The notes under the pieces were generated by a model. The model was given only the letters and a program-made list of their open reading frames with translations, was not told where the DNA came from and ran no database searches. A stretch of 64,000 nucleotides of DNA from Candidatus Hydrogenedentota bacterium (lineage in GTDB: Bacteria > Hydrogenedentota > Hydrogenedentia > Hydrogenedentales > SLHB01), in the NCBI GenBank assembly GCA_045863335.1, contig BTVY01000001.1, positions 136,671 to 200,670 of the forward strand. Reading direction: 5' to 3'. The position numbers were made by a program, and so were the translations under genes. Positions 18,754 through 28,400 of this stretch are shown here, one piece after another; the stretch's first letter is position 1; every line of letters starts with the position of its first letter.

Positions 18754-20369
18754 TGGGTATGAAGCTACCGAGAGGGCCCGCGATCCGGGCGCTGTTGTGG
18801 GAGGACTGGCGGCGCAGCCGGGTGGCGTTTCTGGTCGCGTTGGCCTTGGGGCTGCTCTTTGTGCTGACGAACTCGACTATGCGTTGGGCCTCGGGAGGCG
18901 TTTCCAGTGTTAATGTACCGCCACTTGTGATTTTGCCCGTCTTCTTGTTCGGAATGACCTCTTTGTTTTCCCTGGGTGACTTCCGTGAACTCAGCACGAG
19001 GATCCCCGCACGACATCGTACGCTGCCAGTTCATCCGATTGTTGTCGCCACGTTGCATCTTGGATTCCGGGTGGCTGCGATCGGTTTGCTTTCCGTCGTG
19101 CTCGTTGCCAGCGGCCATTGGTTTTCTGAACCCGACCGGATTGAAGACTATCTCGTAGTCGTCGGAATCGCGGTGTCGTTTGTCTTGCTGATGCAGTGCC
19201 TGGCTTGGTCGGTTGGTAATTTCGGAGTCGTGCCATTTCTGGTATCGCTCGTGGTGTTTTTGGCAGGGCTTATTGCGTACGGCGGGCAGATATCGGCGTT
19301 GATCACGTACATCGCCACAGAGTACTCCCCGCTAATGCATGTGGCGCTTTGGGCAGCGCTGCAGTTGTTCCTGGCAGGGGTTGCCATTGGCGCATCGTTG
19401 CTGACCCGGTTTCGGCAGTCCGATCTAGCATTATCGTTGGCGATACCCCGGTTGGCCATCCTGCGAAAGCCACTTGGAGTATCCAGTGCGCTACGCGAGC
19501 AGACGCGGTATGAGTGGGTCCGAGGCGGAGCCCTACTACCGTTGCTCACACTGGGGTTCACAACCTTTGCCGTCGCAGCAACAGGTATCGTGGTTAAGGT
19601 AAACGGAGAACCGGGAGGTCTCCTAACCCTCGTGAAAGTTCTGACATTCTGCCCATTATGCGTTTCTCCCGCTATGGCCGTTATTGCCGGCCTGCGTGTT
19701 TTGCTCGATGACCGTTTGACTGCCCAGTCCGGACTGGGTGCATACGTATACAGTCATCCATTATCTACCCAAGATTTTGCACTCTCGCGATTACGAATGA
19801 GCTTCCGCAGCGTCATGGCGAACCAAGTGATATGCTGGTGCCTCTTTGTCAGCGGACTGGTCGCTATTATGGCTATTGAGTCCACACTACCCGGAATAAT
19901 CGGGAGATTGACTTCAAGCGCATTGGCTCATCTATTTTTCTTCGCGCTCGGCCACACGTTGCTTGTGTGGTCGATGTTTTGGCTTGGCATTCCAGCCATC
20001 GCCCAATTGTTTTGGTGTGTGATCGTTATCAGTTCGTTCGCAAGTTTTGGCATGTACGATTCACCTTACGTGGCGACGCTCAACGTCGTGCCTCCAAGTA
20101 TTCTTCTTACAGTGTGGGCTCTCTATATTGTAAAGCGAACAGCACTGCTTAAGATCCTAGATCGCAGGATGATTCTGGGGGCGGCATTTGCAGTCGTAAC
20201 CGCCCTGCTATTGGCTTTGTGGCCGGGACGGGAGTATTTGAGCGAACTTGTTTCCGGATCTGTTGCTCCACAGTTGACCATCCTCGCTGGCCTCGTGGCG
20301 CTGGCCTTATGCCCAGCGATTCCGATACTTGCACAGCCGTTGTTGGTGCACCGGTTGCGGCACCGGTAA
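18753..20369 (+). CDS. Putative ABC exporter permease, paralog 1
   Basis: Many TM helices; LLWEDWRR N-terminus, YEW.R.G mid motif, QPLL..RLR C-terminus shared with paralogs 2 and 3; TAATG coupling to the ATPase. Confidence 0.8.
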   Translation: MGMKLPRGPAIRALLWEDWRRSRVAFLVALALGLLFVLTNSTMRWASGGVSSVNVPPLVILPVFLFGMTSLFSLGDFRELSTRIPARHRTLPVHPIVVATLHLGFRVAAIGLLSVVLVASGHWFSEPDRIEDYLVVVGIAVSFVLLMQCLAWSVGNFGVVPFLVSLVVFLAGLIAYGGQISALITYIATEYSPLMHVALWAALQLFLAGVAIGASLLTRFRQSDLALSLAIPRLAILRKPLGVSSALREQTRYEWVRGGALLPLLTLGFTTFAVAATGIVVKVNGEPGGLLTLVKVLTFCPLCVSPAMAVIAGLRVLLDDRLTAQSGLGAYVYSHPLSTQDFALSRLRMSFRSVMANQVICWCLFVSGLVAIMAIESTLPGIIGRLTSSALAHLFFFALGHTLLVWSMFWLGIPAIAQLFWCVIVISSFASFGMYDSPYVATLNVVPPSILLTVWALYIVKRTALLKILDRRMILGAAFAVVTALLLALWPGREYLSELVSGSVAPQLTILAGLVALALCPAIPILAQPLLVHRLRHR

Positions 20370-20383
20370 GAGGAGACTCTGGT

Positions 20384-22024
20384 ATGTCTACCATGTTCGA
20401 TCGTCTCCGAGGGCCTGTTGGCGCGCTGTTGTGGGAAGACTGGCGGCGCAGCCGGGTGGCGTTTCTGGTGATACTGGCAATAGGACTCGGACTTTCCCTC
20501 ACGGGATTTGTGGTGACTTCGTACCTGAAGTTCAAGGGGGTTTACACCAGCGGCCCAGACGAGGAAGTCTACGAACTGGCGGTGTGGCCGGTGTTCTTCT
20601 TTGCGCTGGTGCTCGTGTTCTCGTTGTCGGACCCGAAAGACCTTACGCCACGGATTCCTGCGAGGCACTATACATTGCCCCTGTCGCCGCGCAAGGTGGC
20701 GCTCGTCCACCTGCTGTTTCGTCTCGTGTCGATGGGCGTGCTAATGGCGTTGCTATCGTGCCTGGTCCAACTGGCAATGCTTTCCTTCACACCCGTGCAC
20801 GTATTCGGGGCAGCGGCGGGCGCGATGGCGGGGTTCCTGGTCGGCCAGTGTTTGGCGTGGACCGTCGGGAACTTCGGGGGTTGGCCATTCTTGGCGTCGC
20901 TTGTCGCGTTACCCATCGTGCTGAACGTCGCCCAGGTAGGGAGCCGGTTACAACGAGTGCTGGAGACGGCGGAGTCGTACGGGGTTCCGGCGGTGGTGTC
21001 GGCGTCGATTCTGTTGCTAGGAATCGGATGGATCGCCATCGAAGGCGCGCGATGGGGCCGGAGCGTGGGCACGTCGTCGTTGCGGTTCGATACCCTGGGC
21101 ACGAAGTCGCCGTTCTTTCTTCGCGCAAAAGACATGAGCCCCCTCGCGGCGCAGATAGCGTACGAGTGGCAACGCAAGGGGCGGATGCTTCCGGCATTGA
21201 CGATTGGGTTCATCGCGTTGGGCACGTTCTTCTATGTTGTATTCGCGGACATGAGCGTGCCTCGAAACAAGTTCGGCGCTCTTGGATTGGCGATGATCCT
21301 GTTTCCCGTCTATTCGGCGCCGATTGCGGCGATCATAGCCGGTGTACTCGCATTTCTCGACGACTACCGGCAGCGGATTTCCGGCGTTGGGACCTTTCTG
21401 TATACGCGCGCGGCGGATAGCGGCCTACATTCGCGGGCCCGGCTCATCATGAGTTTGAAGTCGGTTGGCATCACCCTCGGTTTGTGTCTGATCGTCACGG
21501 GCATCGGGGCGCTCATCATGGCGGCCGTCCGACCGGAATCGCTGAGACAACTCCAAGGCGAGTTCGCGCCGTACTCGATCTGGGGAATCGCCATGATGCT
21601 CGCCGGCTATATCCTGATGGTGTGGACGCTGTATTGGATGGCCATCCCCGGGGCGATTCTTTGGTTCTGGATTGTCCTCGTGACGATTGTATTTGGCGTG
21701 GTCGACGCTGTTCACCATCCGTTCTTCGAATTCATGATGATTTGGCCTCCAAGTCTGGCGATGATTGCGGCGACGGTCTTCGTGCTGTGGCGAAGCGTGC
21801 GGAACAGGATGTTATTCCTATGGACGGCTGCGTTCGCGCTATTCACGGCAATCTCAGTATGGTGCGTCGTTTCGTGGTTGGGCATCGCCGGATCCGCGTG
21901 GAGCTCCACGATCTCGCACTTCGGTCTGCTAACGGTGATCGCAGCCGTGTTCGCGCTGTCGCTCTGTCCGGCGTTTCCAATCCTTGCGCAACCGCTGTTG
22001 GTCGAACGGCTGCGGCGTAGCTAA
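20384..22024 (+). CDS. Putative ABC exporter permease, paralog 2
   Basis: Same motifs as paralog 1; GAGGAG RBS. Confidence 0.8.
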   Translation: MSTMFDRLRGPVGALLWEDWRRSRVAFLVILAIGLGLSLTGFVVTSYLKFKGVYTSGPDEEVYELAVWPVFFFALVLVFSLSDPKDLTPRIPARHYTLPLSPRKVALVHLLFRLVSMGVLMALLSCLVQLAMLSFTPVHVFGAAAGAMAGFLVGQCLAWTVGNFGGWPFLASLVALPIVLNVAQVGSRLQRVLETAESYGVPAVVSASILLLGIGWIAIEGARWGRSVGTSSLRFDTLGTKSPFFLRAKDMSPLAAQIAYEWQRKGRMLPALTIGFIALGTFFYVVFADMSVPRNKFGALGLAMILFPVYSAPIAAIIAGVLAFLDDYRQRISGVGTFLYTRAADSGLHSRARLIMSLKSVGITLGLCLIVTGIGALIMAAVRPESLRQLQGEFAPYSIWGIAMMLAGYILMVWTLYWMAIPGAILWFWIVLVTIVFGVVDAVHHPFFEFMMIWPPSLAMIAATVFVLWRSVRNRMLFLWTAAFALFTAISVWCVVSWLGIAGSAWSSTISHFGLLTVIAAVFALSLCPAFPILAQPLLVERLRRS

Positions 22025-22070
22025 GGCGGCATTCTGGAGGTGGCCATAACACAATTTGAAAGGTATCCGC

Positions 22071-22151
22071 CGGATGTAGCGCAGGCGTCCTCGCCTGCAA
22101 ACCGGGCTGATCGTTTCGCGATTGCAGGCGAGGACGCCTGCGCTACATCCG
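22071..22151. repeat. GTAG-type REP doublet, perfect 30-bp inverted repeat
   Basis: CGGATGTAGCGCAGGCGTCCTCGCCTGCAA (22071-22100) and its exact reverse complement (22122-22151); each arm holds a GCAGGCG/CGCCTGC palindrome preceded by GTAG. Confidence 0.92.
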
Positions 22152-22207
22152 ATGTGACTGGGAGGTACCCCTTTTGAAACGCGCTGTAAGACCGAGGAGG
22201 AAATTCC

Positions 22208-23845
22208 ATGCGTTCGTATAAGACTCGCGCCTTAGGTCCCATTGGCGCGCTGCTGTGGGAAAACTGGCGGTTGACGTACCTGGCCTTCTTCGTCGCGCTG
22301 GCGCTGGGCGCGGGGGTGACGCACTCGATCGCGGAGATGCACCGGTTGGGCACGACGTCCTGGGGCGACCCGGACCTTCCCTCGTATGCCATCTGCTGGT
22401 TTGCGCTGTTTCTATACGGCGCCATTGCGATGTACGCCCTGGCCGACCCGAAGGCGCTGTCGCAGCGCATCCCGGCGCGCCAGTTTTGCCTGCCCATCCG
22501 GACAGGGTCGGTTGTGGCGATTCATTTGCTGTATCGTTTGTTGAGCTTCATGCTCCTGGCGGTCGCGCTCTTTGCACTGATGCGCGTTGAGTTTGGCGAC
22601 CTAGTGCAACGTTCCTTGCTGCTCGACGTATCGATAGCTGCGGCCATCTTCAGTTACGTGCTCGCAGTGGCGTGGTCCTGGGGATCGGCCCGGCGTTGGA
22701 TCTGCGCGGCAATCGCACTATTCGCGCCGCTTGTCGTAGTCGCACTGAGTCTCCCAATGGCGGATGGGCGAAGGGCTGTGTGGACCAGGATAGGTCTAAC
22801 GCTCGATACGACGGGCATTGCAGTCGGACTTCTTCTAGCAGCCGGCCTGCACGTGGCCATCGCGTATTGCGTGGGGCTGCGGTCTCGCCTGGGAACCGAA
22901 CCTGGCAGTGACCAAACGAGCTTCGGGTCCCGCTTGTTTGGCAGTGGGCCACGAATCACCAGTTCCGGTCAGCAGGCCCAATTCTGGTACGAGTGGCGCC
23001 GGAAGGGATGGGTGCTGCCCGCGTTGTCGATGAGCTTCACCGCGGCGTACGTGTTGTTCATGTGGATCTTCGACGGAGGATCGTGGGCACAAGTACGGGA
23101 AGCGATGATCGGCGCGCCGTGGATCGCTTCGTTGTTTGCTGCGTTCTTCACGGGTCTTTACATGCTTTCGGTGGACTATCGTCACGCGTCGTCCGGATTG
23201 TCGACGTTCCTGTATACGCGGCCCCTGTCAACGGACGCCTACTCCCGCGCACGGCTGCGAATGAGTGTGCAGAGCGTGCTGCTGTGCTTGTGCCTGTGCG
23301 TGGCACTTTGCCTGGCGGGAGTCCTCCTGGGGTACGGGGACGCGCACGGCAACGCGCTGAGTGGCGGGGATGAGGTCGTGCGGGTTGCCTTCTTGTTTTG
23401 CCTGGTCGTGGCTTACGGGCTTCTGCTCTGGTCCCTCCTATGGATGAGCGTACCGGTTTTGCTCTATCTGTTTTGGCTCGGGAGTTACTTCTATTACCAG
23501 TCGTTGGCGAACACGGAATTCGAATCCATCCACGAGCACGTCCACATGTTCTGGCTCATTTGGATTCCGGCGGTCGCACTGGTGGCCGCGACCGCGATCG
23601 TGTGGCGGCTTCCCACCATGTGGCGGTCCTTGTCGGATGCCATCGTGGCACGCGCACGGAACCTGATGATCCTCGCATTTGCCGTCATGGTGTCGACCGT
23701 CTTTATTTCCGAGGAAGTCGATCCGTTCGGGCCGGATTCGTTTGAGGCGTTCTCTGCTCTGCTCGCGATCGTCGGATTGAGCACCTTGCCGGCGCTCTCG
23801 ATCCTCTCGCAACCGCTACTGCTGAATCGCTTGCGGAGACGGTAG
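22208..23845 (+). CDS. Putative ABC exporter permease, paralog 3
   Basis: LLWENWR, RIPAR, YEWRRKG, FLYTRP, SRARL and QPLL..RLRRR motifs; GAGGAGG RBS. Confidence 0.8.
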   Translation: MRSYKTRALGPIGALLWENWRLTYLAFFVALALGAGVTHSIAEMHRLGTTSWGDPDLPSYAICWFALFLYGAIAMYALADPKALSQRIPARQFCLPIRTGSVVAIHLLYRLLSFMLLAVALFALMRVEFGDLVQRSLLLDVSIAAAIFSYVLAVAWSWGSARRWICAAIALFAPLVVVALSLPMADGRRAVWTRIGLTLDTTGIAVGLLLAAGLHVAIAYCVGLRSRLGTEPGSDQTSFGSRLFGSGPRITSSGQQAQFWYEWRRKGWVLPALSMSFTAAYVLFMWIFDGGSWAQVREAMIGAPWIASLFAAFFTGLYMLSVDYRHASSGLSTFLYTRPLSTDAYSRARLRMSVQSVLLCLCLCVALCLAGVLLGYGDAHGNALSGGDEVVRVAFLFCLVVAYGLLLWSLLWMSVPVLLYLFWLGSYFYYQSLANTEFESIHEHVHMFWLIWIPAVALVAATAIVWRLPTMWRSLSDAIVARARNLMILAFAVMVSTVFISEEVDPFGPDSFEAFSALLAIVGLSTLPALSILSQPLLLNRLRRR

Positions 23846-23848
23846 GAG

Positions 23849-23900
23849 CGATTGCGGATTGCGAATTGGAAGACACGGACATACACGGACACACACGGAC
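23849..23900. repeat. Short tandem repeats (GATTGCG-like x~3 and ACACGGAC x3 at 10-bp period)
   Basis: cgattgcggattgcgaattg followed by acacggac at 23873, 23883 and 23893. Confidence 0.7.
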
Positions 23901-23970
23901 GTAACCGCGCATAAGGTTCGGCGTCTTCTTGGCGCGGGACTGCAGGTCAGATGGCTGGGGGAGGTGAACC

Positions 23971-24861
23971 GTGAGTAAGAAGCCGGGGTTTTCGCTGATC
24001 GAATTGCTCGTGGTCATTGCTATCATCGCCATCCTCATGGCGCTCATCCTCCCCGCACTGTCGCGCGCTCGGGAATCGGCGCGGCGCACGGTCTGCGCCA
24101 GCAATCTCAAGCAAATGGGCGAGGTCTTCCGTATGTTCGCCGACGAACACGACGGCGATTGGCCGCCGCGCATGGTTCCCTATCACCAGTCCTATAGCCC
24201 GACTCGGCAATGCTGGTCCAGCTTCGATGGCGTATATCTCTATCCCGAGTATCTCACGGACTGCGAGATCGCGATTTGCCCGTCGGATTCAGAGTTCGGG
24301 ATGATCGGCGGTGACGCTCGTTTGATCAGCCCGGTGGGTCCGGGATGGGATACGATGCCGTATGACGAGCCCATCAAGGGAATGCGGGAGTACCCTTCAC
24401 TCGCCGATTACTCCTACGTCTATTGGGGGTACCTGATCGAACCGCGTTACGTGAGCACTCCGGATGACATGACGGCCATGGGCATGATTCTGGACAATCA
24501 AACGCCGTACAGCGTGAATTTCGAGACGCGCTGGGACGACCAGTACGTTACGCTGCCCAGCTTCGGCGAAGAAGTGACGGTCTATCGGCTTCGCGACGGC
24601 ATCGAACGATTCACGATCACCGACATCAACAATCCCTCGGGGAACGCAACGGCAGCATCCGACGTCCCGGTCATGTGGGATACCGTACGGCCCGGCCGAG
24701 GCTATTTTGCGCAAAGCGAGGTTAACCACACCCCACTCAGCGCCAACATCCTTTTTATGGACGGCCACGTGGAGTACGGGCGTTACCCGCAAGCAGACGG
24801 CTCGCGGCTGTTCATGCTGACCGAGGCCGGTGTGAATGACGGCGTCTTTTACTTTCCGTGA
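23971..24861 (+). CDS. DUF1559 / prepilin-type N-terminal cleavage-methylation protein with H-X9-DG-type C-terminal motif
   Basis: [36 protein letters not shown]; NH....[10 protein letters not shown]; GGAGG RBS. Confidence 0.93.
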   Translation: MSKKPGFSLIELLVVIAIIAILMALILPALSRARESARRTVCASNLKQMGEVFRMFADEHDGDWPPRMVPYHQSYSPTRQCWSSFDGVYLYPEYLTDCEIAICPSDSEFGMIGGDARLISPVGPGWDTMPYDEPIKGMREYPSLADYSYVYWGYLIEPRYVSTPDDMTAMGMILDNQTPYSVNFETRWDDQYVTLPSFGEEVTVYRLRDGIERFTITDINNPSGNATAASDVPVMWDTVRPGRGYFAQSEVNHTPLSANILFMDGHVEYGRYPQADGSRLFMLTEAGVNDGVFYFP

Positions 24862-24983
24862 TTCGGTCGCCGCCACTGGGACTACTTGTGCCTTCATCGC
24901 ATTGGCTTGCCTGACCCATTCCGGCGGTGGTAGTGTTTGAATCGATCACCGTTGGGTACCTCGGACGCAGGAATTCTCCCCCG

Positions 24984-25460
24984 ATGCATTCGAATCATTT
25001 GGAAGTCGTAGTCGGCGAAAAACTTGCAACATACGGTCAACGCGTGGCGACGGCGGAGTCCTGCTCCGGCGGGCTGGTCGCGCACCGGTTTACCAATGTG
25101 TCCGGTTCGTCCACGTACTTCTTGGGCGGCGTGGTCACGTACAGCAACGAAGCGAAGGCTGATCTGCTGAACGTGTCCATCGACGACATCGACCAGCACG
25201 GGGCCGTGAGCGAAACCGTCGCGCGGCAGATGGCGCAAGGGGCGCGGCACTGTTTCGGCGCGGAATGGGGCATCGGGATTACCGGCATTGCCGGGCCCAC
25301 GGGCGGCACCGAGGAAAAGCCGGTCGGTCTCGTGTACATTGCGGTCGCAGGGGCCGCTGAAACGCACGTGACGCGGAACTTGTTCGCGGGGTCGCGGGAG
25401 TCAATTAAGGAACAGACGGCCGATAAGGCCTTTGAACTCTTGTTGGAGCAATTGCAGTGA
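24984..25460 (+). CDS. CinA C-terminal family protein (nicotinamide-nucleotide amidase PncC-like)
   Basis: TAESCSGG, GSSTYF.GGVVTYSNEAK, HGAVS, TGIAGPTGG...KPVG. Confidence 0.93.
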   Translation: MHSNHLEVVVGEKLATYGQRVATAESCSGGLVAHRFTNVSGSSTYFLGGVVTYSNEAKADLLNVSIDDIDQHGAVSETVARQMAQGARHCFGAEWGIGITGIAGPTGGTEEKPVGLVYIAVAGAAETHVTRNLFAGSRESIKEQTADKAFELLLEQLQ

Positions 25461-28400
25461 GTGCAGGATTCGTTCATCTTCACGTTCATTCCGAGTACAG
25501 CGTCCTCGACGGCGCGAGCAAGGTCGCGGAACTCATCGACCGGTGCCAGAAGTACGGCATGAAAGCTTGCGCGTTGACCGATCACGGCGCCATGTTCGGC
25601 GTACTCGACTTTTTCACGGCGGCCAACAAGGCAGGCATCAAACCGATCATCGGGTCGGAGCTGTACGTCGCCAAGGGCAGCCGTTTCGACAAATCGGGCC
25701 GGACCCCCGGCGGGTCCAACAACCACTTCCTCTTGCTGTGCGAAAACGACGCGGGCTACCACAACCTATGCCGCCTGAGTTCGCTCGGGTATCTGGAGGG
25801 TTTTCACTACAAGCCGCGCGTCGACCTCGAACTGCTGGAGAAGTACAAGGAAGGCATCATCGCGACGAGCGCGTGCCTTGCGGGGGAAATCCCGCAGTTC
25901 CTGATGAACGACGATCTCGACGCCGCGAACGAGGCCATTAAGAAGTACATAGCGATCTACGGGCGCGACAATTTCCTGATCGAACTCATGGATCACGGCA
26001 TGCCGGAGCAGCGCAAGATTAACCCGTACCTCGCCGAAATGGCCGAGCATCACGGGCTCATGGTCATCGCCACGAACGATTGCCATTATACGGATAAGGA
26101 AGACGCGGAACCCCACGAAGCCCTGTTGGCCATCCAGACGGCCGCGACGCTGGACCAGGACGACCGGTTCAAGTTCCCCACGAACGAGTTTTACTTCTGC
26201 AGCGCGGAGGTCATGAAGGAGCGGTTCAAGGAGTATCCGCAGGCCATCGCGAACACGGAGAAGGTGGCCGACCGCTGCAACGTGAAGATCCCGCTGGGGA
26301 GTCATCTCATCCCCCGCTACGAACCGCCGGACGGCATGGCGAAAGAAGAGTATCTGCGGCGGCTGGTCCAACTGGGCCTCGAAGACCGCTACGACGGCAA
26401 TCCAACCGAGGAGCATCTCAAACGCGCGGACTTCGAGCTGGGCGTCATCGAACGCATGGGCTTCGTGGACTACTTCCTGGTCGTGTGGGACCTCATCAAC
26501 CACGCGCGGAGCAAAGGCATCCCGGTGGGGCCGGGTCGCGGCTCCGGCGCGGGCAGTCTCGTGGCGTACGCGCTGAAGATCACGAACATCGATCCCATGC
26601 GCTACGGGCTGCTGTTCGAGCGTTTCCTGAATCCCGAGCGCATCACCATGCCGGACTTTGATCTGGACTTCTGCTACAACCGGCGCGGCGAGGTCATCGA
26701 GTATTCGCGGGAGAAATACGGTACAGACAACGTTTCGCAGATCATCACCTTCGGCCGTATGAAGGCGAAGCAGGTGGTGCGCAACGTGGGACGCGTGCTC
26801 GGCATGCCCTACGGCGACGTGGACCGGATAGCGAAACTGATCCCCGACGATCCCGCCATGAAAGTCACTCTCAAGAAGGCGCTCGATCAAGAGCCGGAGC
26901 TCCAGGACATCCTCAAGCAAGACCCCGCGGTGCAGCGGTTGTGGCAGTTGGCGACGCGCCTCGAAGGCACGGTCGGCACTTGCGGCACGCACGCGGCGGG
27001 CGTGGTGATCTGCGACCAGCCCCTGACGGACCACGTGCCCCTGTTCCAGGCGGCCGGCAGCGACGTGGTCGCGACGCAGTTCGAGATGAAAGGCGTCGAG
27101 GAAGTCGGCCTGCTCAAGATGGACTTCCTCGGTCTGCGCACCTTGACGGTCGTACACGACGCCGTCCGATTCGTAAGACAGAATCGCGGCATCCATATCG
27201 ACATCGACAACCTCGAGCCCAACGACAAGAAGACCTACGCCCTGCTCCGCTCGGGCAAGACCATGGGCGTCTTCCAGTTGGAAAGCTCCGGCATGCGGGA
27301 CCTCGCGAAGCGCATCGGGTTGGAGAGCCTGGAAGAGATCTGCGCGCTTATCGCCCTGTACCGGCCGGGTCCCATGCAGCTCAAGGACCAATACATCGAG
27401 AGCAAGCATAATCCGAAGAAAGTGCAGTACGACCATCCCCTGCTCGAACCAATCCTGAGCGAGACCTACGGCGTGGCGCTCTACCAGGAGCAGGTCATGC
27501 AGATCGTGCAGGCGGTCGCGGGTTTCTCGCTGGGGCAGGCCGATATGCTGCGCCGCGCCATGGGGAAGAAGAAGGCCGACCTCATGGCCGAGCAGCGCGA
27601 TAAATTCGTCGCGGGCGCGAAGGCGAACGGCATCGATCCGAAACTCGCAGAAACGCTCTTCGCGAAAATCGAACAGTTCGCAGGGTACGGCTTCAACAAG
27701 TCCCACAGCATGGCGTACGCGTACGTGGCATACCAAACCGCGTTCTTGAAGGCGAACTATCCCGCGGAGTTCATGGCCGCGCTGCTCACGAGTGAATCGG
27801 GCAACCTGGATAAGGTCGGGATCTACGTGGAAGAATGCCGAAGACTTGGCATCGAAGTGCTCGCGCCAGACGTAAACGGCAGTTCTCTGGGCTTCACCGT
27901 GGAAGGCGACTGTATCCGCTTCGGACTCGGCGCGATTAAGAACGTGGGCAGCGCGCCGGTCGATGCGATCACGAAGGAGCGCGATGCGAACGGACCGTTC
28001 AAAGACATCTACGACTTCTGCGCGCGCATCGACAGCCGGCAGGCCAACCGTCGCGTCATTGAAAGCCTGAACAAGGCGGGCGCGTTTGCGAGCACGGGCT
28101 GGGGCCGGCGTCAGGTAGAACACGCATTGGATGCGGCCATGAGCCAGGGCCAGCTCAGCCAGAAGGAGCGCGCTGCCGGGCAAACGTCGCTGCTCGAACT
28201 CATGGGCGGCGGTGACGACTCCGAAGAGACTATGCATCAGAAGCCGGATGTGCCAGAATGGCCGGAGAGCGAGTTGCTCGCCTTCGAGAAGGAGATGCTC
28301 GGACTCTACGTCAGCAGCCATCCGCTCGCGCGGCACGCGAACACGTTGGACCGGTACACCTCGCACAGCCTTGCCTCCTTAAACGAACTGCGGGAAGGCA

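Noticed and set aside
25766-28366. 866-aa antisense ORF on dnaE, and similar long antisense ORFs at 32388-34463, 36992-38581, 43812-45116 and 54615-55793
   Set aside because: Shadows of GC-rich codon bias opposite clear genes; no recognisable motifs
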